This document shows positions 1 to 9,054 of a stretch of 32,000 nt of DNA, piece by piece. The notes beneath the pieces are model-generated. The model was not told where the DNA came from and ran no database searches. It saw nothing but the letters and a program-made list of their open reading frames with translations. The number at the start of each line of letters is the position of its first letter. Within the stretch, counting starts at the first letter, position 1. Source of the stretch: Vibrio cholerae ATCC 14035 (GTDB taxonomy: Bacteria > Pseudomonadota > Gammaproteobacteria > Enterobacterales > Vibrionaceae); NCBI RefSeq assembly GCF_000621645.1, contig NZ_JHXR01000003.1:60001-92000 (forward strand), in the 5' to 3' direction. The position numbers and the translations under genes were made by a program.

Positions 1-1
1 T

Positions 2-97
2 TCGGTCACTGTGATGACTGAGCTGCTCGAAACTTCAGAAATCATGCAAAGTAACGCGGAAGAGCTGGATAGAAAAATTACCGCATTTCGCGTGTAG
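2..97 (+). CDS. 3' end of an upstream gene, probably a methyl-accepting chemotaxis protein (C-terminal fragment only)
   Basis: Frame 2 is open from the window edge to TAG at 95-97 and reads SVTVMTELLETSEIMQSNAEELDRKITAFRV*. This heptad-like acidic tail ending in F-R-V resembles MCP signalling-domain C-termini. A strong terminator follows. Only 31 codons are visible. Confidence 0.45.
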   Translation, partial: SVTVMTELLETSEIMQSNAEELDRKITAFRV

Positions 98-138
98 GCT
101 GAGCTATTCAGCAAAACCGCAAAAAATTATTCACCAAC

Positions 139-169
139 CGCCCACAACTGCTCTGTGGGCGTTTTTTTT
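139..169 (+). terminator. Rho-independent terminator of the upstream gene
   Basis: Stem CGCCCACA (139-146) pairs with TGTGGGCG (154-161) around a 7-nt loop. It is followed directly by T8 (162-169). Confidence 0.85.
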
Positions 170-220
170 CCGCCAGAGTTTGCGATATAACTAGTGAACA
201 TTCAAAGACAAGGAAGCATC

Positions 221-3067
221 ATGTCACTGCCCAGCGCGCTTTTGCCGACCGCCGAATTGCATTATCAATCACTGATTTCTGAACATCCACACATCGCCAA
301 TTGGCCTTCATCTGTACTGAATCAATTGCGCTATGTGCTCGGTTTAAGCCAGTTTGTAGCCCAAACCTTGCAGCGCGATGACCCATTGTGTCAGGTGCTC
401 CCCTCGTTATTAGCCGAGCCAAGCCGTGAGCAAGATTATCGCAGTGAATTAGCGCAGTGGCTGGCCGAGTGTCAGGATGAAGCGGTCGCGCAGAAGCGTT
501 TACGCCAGTTTCGTAACCAAGAGATGGTGTATATCGCATGGCGGGATTTTTGTGCGAGCTGGACATTAGAAGAGAGCCTTTCTCACCTTTCCCAACTGGC
601 GGAAGCGCTGATCTTTGAAAGCTATCAATGGCTCTATCAGCGCTGCTGTCTTGAAATGGGCACGCCTTGTAATGCGCAAGGCGAAGCGCAGCCCATGCTG
701 ATCATCGGAATGGGCAAACTCGGTGGCGGTGAGCTCAACTTCTCCTCCGATATCGATCTGATTTTCACTTATCCTGAAAATGGCGAGACGCAAGGCGCGC
801 GCCGCTCGATTGCCAATGCGCAATTTTTCACACGCTTAGGTCAGCGCTTGATCAAGCTACTGGATCAATCCACACCGGATGGTTTTTGTTACCGAGTCGA
901 TATGCGCTTGCGCCCGTTTGGTGACAGCGGCCCACTCGCGATGAGCTATGCCGCATTAGAGGATTACTACCAAGAGCAGGGGCGTGACTGGGAACGCTAC
1001 GCGATGATCAAAGCGCGAGTGATGGGGCGGGAAATGTACCCGCAATACCAAGAGCTGCGCCAGATGCTGCGCCCGTTTGTGTTTCGCCGCTACATTGACT
1101 TCAGCGCCATTCAATCCCTACGCCGAATGAAATCCATGATCAGCAGTGAAGTGCGCCGCCGTGGTTTGAGTAACAACATCAAGCTCGGTGCGGGCGGCAT
1201 TCGTGAAGTGGAATTTATTGCGCAAGTGTTCCAATTGATCCGCGGTGGCCGCGAGCCAAGCTTGCGCAAACGCGGCTTGCTAGAAACCTTGGATGCGATT
1301 GCGGAGCTTGAACTGCTAACGCGCGAACAAGTGCAAGATTTACGTGATGCTTACCGCTTTTTGCGCCGCTTAGAAAACTTGCTGCAAGCGATGGCCGATA
1401 AGCAAACTCAAACGTTACCGGATAAAGAAGACGATCAACTGCGCCTTTCGATCGCAATCGGATTGGCCGACTGGCCAAGTTTACAGCGTGAGGTGAGCGA
1501 GCACATGCAGCGCGTGCATCGCGTGTTTGCCACCTTGATTGGCGAAGAAGACGAAGAAGAGGAACACACGGTAGCTCGTCATTTCCATGAGCTGTGGGAT
1601 ATGGCGCATAAACCGGAAGTGATTGAACACATCATTGAGCAAGATCTTGGGTTGAGCGACGCAGGTGAGCAAATTCGCACCATCACTCAATTTAAAGATG
1701 ATCTGGCTAAACGCACCATTGGTCCGCGTGGGCGCGAGGTGCTTAACCGGTTAATGCCGAAAGTGTATCAGGCCGTGTTTGCTCATCCCGATGCAGAATT
1801 TGGTTTGTCGCGCGTATTGGCATTGCTGCACAGTATCGCCACACGCACCACTTACCTTGAACTGCTCGATGAGCATCCCGCTGCTTTGGTGCAATTGGTG
1901 CGCTTGTGTACCGCTAGCCCAATGATTTCCGAGCAGCTCGCGCGTTATCCTATCTTGCTTGATGAGCTGATTGATCCACAGCATCTGTATAACCCAATTC
2001 CATTGGAGTCTTATCAAACCGAGCTGCGGGATTTTCTGGCGCGCATTCCAGAAGAAGATATGGAGCAGCAAATGGAAGGGCTGCGCCAATTTAAGCAGAT
2101 CTCTATCCTGCGCATTGCCGCAGCGGATATCGCTGGCGTGCTTCCGGTGATGAAAGTGAGTGACCACTTAACCTATCTTGCCGAAGCGATTGTTGAAGCG
2201 GTCGTGAGTCAAGCTTGGTTGCAAGTGAGCAGCAAATACGGCGAACCTACTCATCTCAAAGAGCGTGATGGCCGAGGTTTTGCGGTGGTGGGCTATGGCA
2301 AAGTCGGAGGCTGGGAGCTGGGCTATAACTCCGACCTCGACATCGTATTTATGCACGACTGCCCAGTTGAGGTGAACACGGATGGTGAGAAAAGCATTGA
2401 TGGCCGCCAGTTCTATCTACGTTTAGCACAGCGCATCATTCATATTTTCTCTACCCGCACAGCCTCGGGTATTTTGTATGAAGTGGATACCAGACTGCGC
2501 CCCTCTGGTGCATCCGGTTTGCTCGTGAGTCCAACCGATGCCTTTGATGAATATCAGCGTCAAGAAGCATGGACTTGGGAGCATCAAGCCCTAGTTCGCG
2601 CGCGGATGATCTATGGTGATGCGCCGCTGCAACAAGCGTTTGCCAACACACGGCATCAGATTCTCTGTTTGCCCCGAGAGGAGCACAAGCTTAAACAAGA
2701 GGTGGTCGAGATGCGGATCAAAATGCGTGATCATCTCGGCGGTAAAAAAGCGGGGCGCTTTATGCTCAAGCAAGATGAAGGCGGGATCACCGATATTGAA
2801 TTTTTAGCGCAATATCTGGTCTTACGCTTCAGTCATCAACAACCTAAGTTAACGCGTTGGTCGGATAACGTACGCATTTTTGAATCCTTGATGAACCATC
2901 AAGTGATGAGCGAGTCACAAGCGCTGGCTCTGACTCATGCCTACACCAGTATGCGCGACCAGATTCATCGCCGTAATTTACTCAATCAATCGGCCGATGT
3001 GCGAGATTCACAATTTGTGGTTGAACGTGAACAAGTGATACAAGCTTGGCAGCAGTGGCTCGGTTGA
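221..3067 (+). CDS. glnE: Bifunctional glutamine synthetase adenylyltransferase/adenylyl-removing enzyme
   Basis: About 948 aa with two nucleotidyltransferase motifs ([16 protein letters not shown] and [16 protein letters not shown]), colinear with E. coli GlnE. The track ORF begins at GTG 194. I prefer ATG 221 (MSLPSALLP...), which is preceded by AAGGAAG. Confidence 0.95.
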   Translation: MSLPSALLPTAELHYQSLISEHPHIANWPSSVLNQLRYVLGLSQFVAQTLQRDDPLCQVLPSLLAEPSREQDYRSELAQWLAECQDEAVAQKRLRQFRNQEMVYIAWRDFCASWTLEESLSHLSQLAEALIFESYQWLYQRCCLEMGTPCNAQGEAQPMLIIGMGKLGGGELNFSSDIDLIFTYPENGETQGARRSIANAQFFTRLGQRLIKLLDQSTPDGFCYRVDMRLRPFGDSGPLAMSYAALEDYYQEQGRDWERYAMIKARVMGREMYPQYQELRQMLRPFVFRRYIDFSAIQSLRRMKSMISSEVRRRGLSNNIKLGAGGIREVEFIAQVFQLIRGGREPSLRKRGLLETLDAIAELELLTREQVQDLRDAYRFLRRLENLLQAMADKQTQTLPDKEDDQLRLSIAIGLADWPSLQREVSEHMQRVHRVFATLIGEEDEEEEHTVARHFHELWDMAHKPEVIEHIIEQDLGLSDAGEQIRTITQFKDDLAKRTIGPRGREVLNRLMPKVYQAVFAHPDAEFGLSRVLALLHSIATRTTYLELLDEHPAALVQLVRLCTASPMISEQLARYPILLDELIDPQHLYNPIPLESYQTELRDFLARIPEEDMEQQMEGLRQFKQISILRIAAADIAGVLPVMKVSDHLTYLAEAIVEAVVSQAWLQVSSKYGEPTHLKERDGRGFAVVGYGKVGGWELGYNSDLDIVFMHDCPVEVNTDGEKSIDGRQFYLRLAQRIIHIFSTRTASGILYEVDTRLRPSGASGLLVSPTDAFDEYQRQEAWTWEHQALVRARMIYGDAPLQQAFANTRHQILCLPREEHKLKQEVVEMRIKMRDHLGGKKAGRFMLKQDEGGITDIEFLAQYLVLRFSHQQPKLTRWSDNVRIFESLMNHQVMSESQALALTHAYTSMRDQIHRRNLLNQSADVRDSQFVVEREQVIQAWQQWLG

Positions 3068-3130
3068 GCACTTCTGCCACCTTGGCGGCTGTGATAAACT
3101 CCGCCCCAATCTGAATATTGGAGATTGAGA

Positions 3131-4561
3131 ATGAAACCAGTGCTACCTGACTACAGCAAAGCGGGTGTGTTAATTGTCGGTGATGTCATGCTTGACCGTT
3201 ACTGGTATGGCCCAACGGGACGTATCTCGCCGGAAGCACCAGTACCTGTAGTGAAAGTAGAGCAGAGTGAAGAGCGTCCGGGCGGTGCCGCTAACGTTGC
3301 GATGAACATCGCTTCTTTAGGTGGCCACGCGCACATCATTGGCCTGACAGGGCAAGATGAGCCGGCGAATGTGCTTGCCAACAAGCTCACCTCACTGAAA
3401 GTCCATTGTGATTTTGTGGCGCTGCCGGATTACCCGACCATCACTAAATTGCGTGTATTGAGCCGCGGTCAGCAGTTGATCCGTCTGGATTTTGAAGACA
3501 AATTCGAAAACACGGATGCGCAGCTTATCTTATCGCGCATGGAAAGTGCGCTACCTAAAGTGCGCGCGGTGATCCTGTCTGATTATGCGAAAGGTGCGTT
3601 AGAGCACGTACAGCAGTTTATTCAGAAAGCCAAGGCGGCTGGTGTACCTGTGTTTATCGATCCTAAGGGCAGCGACTTTGAACGCTATCGTGGTGCATCG
3701 CTGCTTACGCCAAACATGTCTGAATTTGAAGCTGTGGTCGGCAAAGTCAAATCTGAGCAAGAGCTGGTTGAAAAAGGTTTTGCCCTGATTGAAAAGTTCG
3801 ATCTCGGCGCATTACTGGTGACTCGTAGCGAACACGGTATGACTCTGCTGCGCCGTGGACTGGAACCTTTCCATTTACCCACCCAAGCCAAAGAAGTGTA
3901 TGACGTGACAGGCGCCGGGGATACGGTGATTTCTGTGCTTGCGGCGTCGGTTGCGGCAGGTAAAGCGCTGGATGAAGCTTGCGCTCTGGCTAATGCTGCC
4001 GCCGGTGTGGTGGTCGGTAAACTGGGTACGTCTACTGTTTCTACCATTGAATTGGCGGAAGCCGTGCACGGCAGCAAAGACACTGATTATGGCGTGATCA
4101 GCGAAGATGCTCTGATTGAAGCCGTGAAAAAAGCGCAAGCGCGTGGCGAAAAAGTGGTGATGACCAACGGCTGCTTTGACATTTTGCACGCAGGCCATGT
4201 TTCTTACCTTAACCATGCGGCAGAGCTTGGCGATCGCTTAATCGTTGCGGTGAACACCGATGAATCGGTGAAACGCTTGAAAGGCCCTGGCCGTCCGGTC
4301 AACAGTACCGATCGTCGTATGGCGGTATTGGCGGGTCTTGGCGCGGTGGACTGGGTCGTGCCATTTAGCGAAGATACACCACAGCGTTTGATCGCAGCCA
4401 TATTGCCAAACCTACTGGTGAAAGGTGGCGACTACAAACCGGAAGAGATTGCGGGTGGCAAAGAAGTGATTGCCGCGGGTGGTGAAGTCAAAGTATTGAA
4501 CTTTGAAGAAGGCTGCTCAACCACCGAAATCATCGAAGCGATCAAAGGTGGTCGTGGTTAA
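3131..4561 (+). CDS. hldE: Bifunctional D-beta-D-heptose 7-phosphate kinase / D-beta-D-heptose 1-phosphate adenylyltransferase
   Basis: [25 protein letters not shown] matches the E. coli HldE (RfaE) N-terminus. It has a ribokinase-like GAGDT motif and a C-terminal cytidylyltransferase motif [10 protein letters not shown]. The track start TTG 3125 is replaced by ATG 3131, which follows GGAG. Confidence 0.95.
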   Translation: MKPVLPDYSKAGVLIVGDVMLDRYWYGPTGRISPEAPVPVVKVEQSEERPGGAANVAMNIASLGGHAHIIGLTGQDEPANVLANKLTSLKVHCDFVALPDYPTITKLRVLSRGQQLIRLDFEDKFENTDAQLILSRMESALPKVRAVILSDYAKGALEHVQQFIQKAKAAGVPVFIDPKGSDFERYRGASLLTPNMSEFEAVVGKVKSEQELVEKGFALIEKFDLGALLVTRSEHGMTLLRRGLEPFHLPTQAKEVYDVTGAGDTVISVLAASVAAGKALDEACALANAAAGVVVGKLGTSTVSTIELAEAVHGSKDTDYGVISEDALIEAVKKAQARGEKVVMTNGCFDILHAGHVSYLNHAAELGDRLIVAVNTDESVKRLKGPGRPVNSTDRRMAVLAGLGAVDWVVPFSEDTPQRLIAAILPNLLVKGGDYKPEEIAGGKEVIAAGGEVKVLNFEEGCSTTEIIEAIKGGRG

Positions 4562-4566
4562 CGTGG

Positions 4567-4594
4567 ATTGATAAGTAATGTGATACTTATCAAT
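4567..4594. repeat. Perfect 11-bp inverted repeat immediately after the hldE stop codon
   Basis: ATTGATAAGTA (4567-4577), spacer atgtga, TACTTATCAAT (4584-4594). It is AT-rich and separate from the GC-rich terminator 20 bp downstream. Function unknown. Confidence 0.5.
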
Positions 4595-4615
4595 TACTTA
4601 ATCGATATATAGCAA

Positions 4616-4635
4616 AAGGGGCCAAATGGCCCCTT
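4616..4635. terminator. Bidirectional rho-independent terminator shared by convergent hldE and tolC
   Basis: AAGGGGCC-aaat-GGCCCCTT, an 8-bp stem. It has a T-rich tail on the + strand (cattta ttt) and TTTTGC on the - strand. Confidence 0.75.
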
Positions 4636-4666
4636 CATTTATTTCATGCAGCTCAAAAGAGATGGA

Positions 4667-5983
4667 TTACTTCTTCGCGACTTTTAGGCCTGCGTTGACA
4701 TCCATCACGTCTTGCTCACTCAGAGTACCAATCGCTTGGCGCAGTTGCAGCACACTGAGAATGTAGTCATAGCGAGCATTCGAGAGATTTTTGTTCGCAT
4801 CATACAGGCGACGTGTGGCATCGAGTACATCGACAATGGTACGCGTACCGACATCAAAACCTGCTTCGGTCGCTTCCAGTGCTGACTTCGCAGAAATCAC
4901 TGCCTGCTCATAAGCACGCAGTGCACCAATTGAAGCGTTGATGTTGTTGTTGTATGCACGCACATCTTTAACCACTGAGCGGTAAGCGGCTTCCAGATCT
5001 TGACTGGCGGCTACATACGCAAATTCAGCCTGCTTGGTCAGTGACGTGGTGTTGCCACCTGTGTACAGCGGTACTTTGAGGTTCACGCCGATTTTGAAAT
5101 CGTTGTACTCTTCGCCTGAAGTGTTTTTCGCATTGTCGTTGCTATTGTTGCCATAGTTGTAACCACCATCTAAGGTCAGTGATGGCAGATGGCCAGAGCT
5201 GGCAAGCGAAATGTTGTCACGTGCGACATCTTGGCTGATACGAGCAGCAAGCAGCGATAAGTTTTGCTGTTGCGCTTTTTCGATCAACGCTTCGCTCGAT
5301 TCGGTCGTACGACTCGCAGCAAAACGTTTGGTATCGAGCACCGCAAGCTTAGAGTATTCCTGACCCGTAATTTCACGCAGAGCTTCATAGCTATTGGTGA
5401 GGCTGTTTTCCGCCAACACTTCATCGGCTAATACACCATCGAATTGTGCCTGTGCATCATGTACGTCGGTAATCGCTGACAAACCGACTTCAAAGCGTTG
5501 CTTGGTTTGCTCTAATTGGCGACCTACCGCCGCTTTTTCGGCGCGCACGAATTCAAGGTTATCTTGAGCGCGGAGCACTTCAAAATAAGCCTTCGCCACA
5601 CGTAAGATTAAGCCTTGTTGCGTGGCAGCGTATTGAGAGTCTGCTTGGCGGGCTTTTTTCTCAGCCGTGTCTAAGCTTACCCAGCTAGAGCGTTGGTACA
5701 GTTCTTGTGAAAAGTTGATGCCTGCAGAGAGAAGATCACTTTCGCGTGGATCTTGATCACTGCGGTTGATGTTGTAACCCGCCGTCAGATTAATTTGTGG
5801 TAAAAGGGCACTACGGCTAGAAGTCACCGCTTCAAACGCAGCATCACGTTGAGCCGCTACGCTGAGTAATTGGGGATCATTTTCTTTTGCTTGGTTATAA
5901 ATCTCTGCCAGGTTTTCTGCCCAAACGGCAGAGCTTAGTGTGCCTAGCGCAGCACTAACAAATAATGGAAGCAGTTTTTTCAT
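4667..5983 (-). CDS. tolC: Outer membrane efflux/export channel TolC
   Basis: Signal peptide MKKLLPLFVSAALGTLSSAVWA followed by ENLAEIYNQAKENDPQL, typical of the mature TolC N-terminus, with two repeated OEP halves. The track start (6025) is trimmed to ATG 5983, which is preceded by AGGA. Confidence 0.93.
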   Translation of the reverse strand: MKKLLPLFVSAALGTLSSAVWAENLAEIYNQAKENDPQLLSVAAQRDAAFEAVTSSRSALLPQINLTAGYNINRSDQDPRESDLLSAGINFSQELYQRSSWVSLDTAEKKARQADSQYAATQQGLILRVAKAYFEVLRAQDNLEFVRAEKAAVGRQLEQTKQRFEVGLSAITDVHDAQAQFDGVLADEVLAENSLTNSYEALREITGQEYSKLAVLDTKRFAASRTTESSEALIEKAQQQNLSLLAARISQDVARDNISLASSGHLPSLTLDGGYNYGNNSNDNAKNTSGEEYNDFKIGVNLKVPLYTGGNTTSLTKQAEFAYVAASQDLEAAYRSVVKDVRAYNNNINASIGALRAYEQAVISAKSALEATEAGFDVGTRTIVDVLDATRRLYDANKNLSNARYDYILSVLQLRQAIGTLSEQDVMDVNAGLKVAKK

Positions 5984-6214
5984 CGGTCCTATTCCTGACG
6001 TGATGTGAAAGGATTTATTCCTCAAGAGTTTAACTCAAATTGATGGTAATTCACTCGAAACTTTGCACTTTTTTACACTTAACTATCCAACTGTGCAATA
6101 AAAATTATGAGCCACTTAAAAAATAAGATAATTTTTATATAAAAAGTTGAGCCATCACTTGGTAGTCGGCAAATTCCACGAGTAAACTATAAAGTTCATC
6201 AATAGGAGGTACGA

Positions 6215-6841
6215 ATGCAAGACGCGAATCAGCAGCCAGTCTCTTTTAATAAGAAAGATGTCGAAATCCTTAATAAAGAGACACTGTTTAAAGGCTTTTT
6301 CCGCATGGTGAAGTACCGTTTTAAGCATAAACGTTTTGCGGGAGGCTGGAGTGAGCCTGTCGAGCGTGAAATGTTTGAACGTGGTCATGCCGCAGCGATG
6401 TTGCCGTACGATCCTATTCGTGACCAAGTGGTGATCATCGAACAGATCCGCGTCGGTGCGCTAGAACATGCACAGCCTTGGCAACTGGAAATTGTCGCTG
6501 GAGTGATTGATACCGATGAGAGTGCTGAACAAGTCGTGCGCCGTGAAGCGGTAGAAGAAGCAGGGCTGACTGTAGGCAGAATTGAAAAAATTACCTCTTA
6601 TTATCCTTCTTCTGGGGGATGTTCTGAAAAATTGGATGTCTTTATAGGTGAAGTCGATTGTTCACAAGCGGGTGGCATTCATGGTTTAGACTGTGAAGGA
6701 GAGGACATCAAAGTGCATGTGATGAGTCGGACTGAAGCGTATCAATTGGTCAAAGATGGGCGAATTGAAAATGGGGCATCAATCATTGCCTTACAGTGGT
6801 TGGCGCTGAATTATCAGCCATTACAACAGCAATGGCAGTAA
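6215..6841 (+). CDS. nudF: ADP-ribose pyrophosphatase (Nudix hydrolase)
   Basis: The N-terminal region (VSFNKKDVEILNKETLFKGFF...YRFKHKRF...ERGHAAAMLPYDP) is colinear with E. coli NudF. Nudix box around GVIDTDESAEQVVRREAVEEAG. Strong AGGAGG at 6204-6209. Confidence 0.9.
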   Translation: MQDANQQPVSFNKKDVEILNKETLFKGFFRMVKYRFKHKRFAGGWSEPVEREMFERGHAAAMLPYDPIRDQVVIIEQIRVGALEHAQPWQLEIVAGVIDTDESAEQVVRREAVEEAGLTVGRIEKITSYYPSSGGCSEKLDVFIGEVDCSQAGGIHGLDCEGEDIKVHVMSRTEAYQLVKDGRIENGASIIALQWLALNYQPLQQQWQ

Positions 6842-6847
6842 CGAGTA

Positions 6848-7294
6848 ATGAGTCAATTGACAGTTAAAAAAACGTATCATGTTGATCTCCCTGAATTAAT
6901 GCGGGTGTATGAGACCAACTACGCCAAACTGAATGCTCTGCTGCCTGTGCAGCCGGAGGTCGGAGAGTTGCGTTGTTACCAAGCTGCTCAAATGACCTAC
7001 CAACTGCAAGTGCTAGAGGTCACAAAGTACACAACTTTGTTGGAGGTCTGTCAAAGTGATGACTTGTCAGTATTTCCATTGCCGACCATGTCTGTCAGGC
7101 TGTACCACGATGCTCGCGTGGCCGAGGTTTGCAGTAGTGAACAGTTAGGTCGAGTGCAAGCGCGCTATGATTATCCGAACGAAAACATGGTGCAACCCGA
7201 TGAAAAAGCGCAACTGAATCGCTTTTTAGGCGATTGGCTGACTTTTTGCCTCAAGCATGGCATCAGTCGCAGTCCAATCACCCTATCACAATAA
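6848..7294 (+). CDS. yqiB: DUF1249 family protein (YqiB homologue)
   Basis: 148 aa in the conserved nudF-yqiB-cpdA-yqiA-parE gene order. Starts 6 nt after the nudF stop. Confidence 0.8.
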   Translation: MSQLTVKKTYHVDLPELMRVYETNYAKLNALLPVQPEVGELRCYQAAQMTYQLQVLEVTKYTTLLEVCQSDDLSVFPLPTMSVRLYHDARVAEVCSSEQLGRVQARYDYPNENMVQPDEKAQLNRFLGDWLTFCLKHGISRSPITLSQ

Positions 7295-7318
7295 ATAACA
7301 GAGTTAGGTTTACCGATT

Positions 7319-8137
7319 TTGAAAGTGTCGTCTCAATCAGAGGATTCATCGATCAAGCTTATTCAGATCACGGACACCCATTTGTTCGCGGCGGAAGATG
7401 GTAGCTTGCTCAGTGTGAATACGGCTGACAGCTTTGCGGCTGTGGTTGCGGCCATTGGTGAAGAGCAGGTCGAATTTGATGCTATTCTCGCCACCGGGGA
7501 TATTTCACAAGACCACACACCCGAGTCTTATCAACGCTTTGTGCGCGGTATTCAGCCGCTAAAAAAAGCGTGTTATTGGCTGCCCGGTAATCATGATTAC
7601 AAACCGAGTATGCACGGTGTACTGCCCACTCAGCAAATTCAAGCCGTTGAACATGTGCTGCTGGGGGAGCATTGGCAAGTGGTGTTACTCGATTCGCAAG
7701 TGGTTGGCGTGCCGCACGGCAAACTGAGTGAGCAGCAGTTACAACTGCTGGATAACAAGCTGACCGAGTACCCAGAGCGTCACACTTTAGTGCTGCTGCA
7801 CCATCATCCGCTCTTGGTGGGAAGCGCTTGGCTTGATCAGCACACACTCAAAGAGAGCGAGCGTTTTTGGGATGTCGTCGCCAAGCACAGTAATGTGAAA
7901 GCCATTTTGTGTGGGCATGTGCATCAGGATATGGATCGTATTCACCTTGGCGCGCGTGTGATGGCGACCCCCTCAACCTGTGTGCAGTTTAAGCCTAATT
8001 CACAAGATTTCGCGTTAGATAACTGCTCACCCGGCTGGCGTGAATTAACCCTTCACGCGGATGGGCAAGTGAGCACCCAAGTGAAGCGACTTAAACAAGG
8101 CCGATTTTTACCTGATTTTAACTCGAACGGATACTGA
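7319..8137 (+). CDS. cpdA: 3',5'-cyclic-AMP phosphodiesterase
   Basis: Class III phosphodiesterase / metallophosphatase motifs: QITDTHL, GDISQD, GNHD, HHHP, GHVH. The start is uncertain: TTG 7319 from the track, or alternatively GTG 7325. Confidence 0.88.
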   Translation: MKVSSQSEDSSIKLIQITDTHLFAAEDGSLLSVNTADSFAAVVAAIGEEQVEFDAILATGDISQDHTPESYQRFVRGIQPLKKACYWLPGNHDYKPSMHGVLPTQQIQAVEHVLLGEHWQVVLLDSQVVGVPHGKLSEQQLQLLDNKLTEYPERHTLVLLHHHPLLVGSAWLDQHTLKESERFWDVVAKHSNVKAILCGHVHQDMDRIHLGARVMATPSTCVQFKPNSQDFALDNCSPGWRELTLHADGQVSTQVKRLKQGRFLPDFNSNGY

Positions 8138-8138
8138 T

Positions 8139-8726
8139 ATGACTGCTCGTCCAGCTTTGCTGCTCTACATCCATGGTTTTAACAGCTCACCGTTGTCACA
8201 CAAAGCGCAAGTGATGCAGCAGTATTGCCAGCAGCACAGGCCTGATATCAAAGTCGTGGTGCCCAAGTTACCGAGCTTTCCTGCGCAAGCGGCGCAGCAT
8301 CTGTTGTCTGTCGTGGAGCAATATCGCGCGCAATATCGGATCGGGTTGGTCGGCAGTTCATTAGGCGGTTATCTCTCCACTTGGTTAAATGCCCAATTTG
8401 GCTTTCGCGCGGTACTGATCAATCCTGCTGTGAAGCCTTACGAGTTATTAGCCGATTTTCTCGGTGAGCAGGTTAATCCTTACACCCAAGAGCATTACGT
8501 GCTCGAAGCGTGTCATATTGATGAGTTGAAAGCGCTCGATACGCCAGTGCTGAAACAGCCAAGCGATTTTTGGCTACTGCAGCAAAAAGGCGATGAAGTG
8601 CTGGATTATCGACAAGCGGTTGAGAAGTACCAAGCAGCTAAACTGACCGTGGAAGAGGGCGGTGACCACAGTTTTGTGGATTTTGAACGTTACCCAGAGC
8701 AGATTATTCACTTCCTTGAACTTTGA
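8139..8726 (+). CDS. yqiA: Esterase YqiA (alpha/beta hydrolase, UPF0227)
   Basis: LLYIHGFNSSP and the nucleophile elbow GSSLGG. The ATG lies 1 nt after the cpdA stop, and synteny is conserved. Confidence 0.85.
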   Translation: MTARPALLLYIHGFNSSPLSHKAQVMQQYCQQHRPDIKVVVPKLPSFPAQAAQHLLSVVEQYRAQYRIGLVGSSLGGYLSTWLNAQFGFRAVLINPAVKPYELLADFLGEQVNPYTQEHYVLEACHIDELKALDTPVLKQPSDFWLLQQKGDEVLDYRQAVEKYQAAKLTVEEGGDHSFVDFERYPEQIIHFLEL

Positions 8727-9054
8727 TTGATGACTGACTTTTGTTGTTTTCGGATTCAATCTGCGTTTTGCTGCGCAAAGCCTCATAAATTTACCTGATC
8801 CTTGCGCTGTGCCCTTGACATCAGAGGGCGGCTTCCAGACTATGTTGCCCTTAGACTTTAGCGCCAGCTGTGCGGCGGTGTAAGGGCAGAACGCGAGCTT
8901 GCTTGGTCAGTGTCCTCTCGCTCCCATCGTTCAGCTTGCTGAACTGAACACCTGAAATAATGCGATTTTTCGCACAATTTATGCACAAAAAATCAGGTTT
9001 TCACACGGCGCTGATAAAGTTACCAATCATTGAGCAAATAAAGCATTCCGTATT

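Noticed and set aside
194-220. N-terminal extensions in ORF-track calls: glnE 194, hldE 3125, tolC 6025, coaE 15025, pilA 19382, fldB 22135, dsbC 23009, recJ 23916
   Set aside because: Homologue N-termini, signal-peptide or prepilin-leader logic, and Shine-Dalgarno placement support internal ATGs at 221, 3131, 5983, 14992, 19340, 22057, 23120 and 23931. Several of the extensions would overlap upstream genes or intergenic promoters.
6108-6155. TGAGCCA(C/T) direct repeat 40 bp apart in the tolC/nudF divergent promoter region
   Set aside because: Only 7-8 bp are shared in a 230-bp AT-rich spacer. That is within chance expectation, and I recognise no regulator motif.
8730-8798. 22-codon Cys-rich mini-ORF (MTDFCCFRIQSAFCCAKPHKFT) right after yqiA, and a 13-codon ORF at 8842-8883
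   Set aside because: There is no Shine-Dalgarno sequence upstream of either ATG, no recognisable peptide family, and the length is well within chance expectation. Neither is supported as a gene without ribosome profiling or conservation.
8961-8974. TGCGA-tttt-TCGCA upstream of parE as a CRP-S site
   Set aside because: The half-sites are perfect but the spacer is 4 nt rather than 6, which is incompatible with CRP dimer geometry. It is more simply a small hairpin within the structured spacer.
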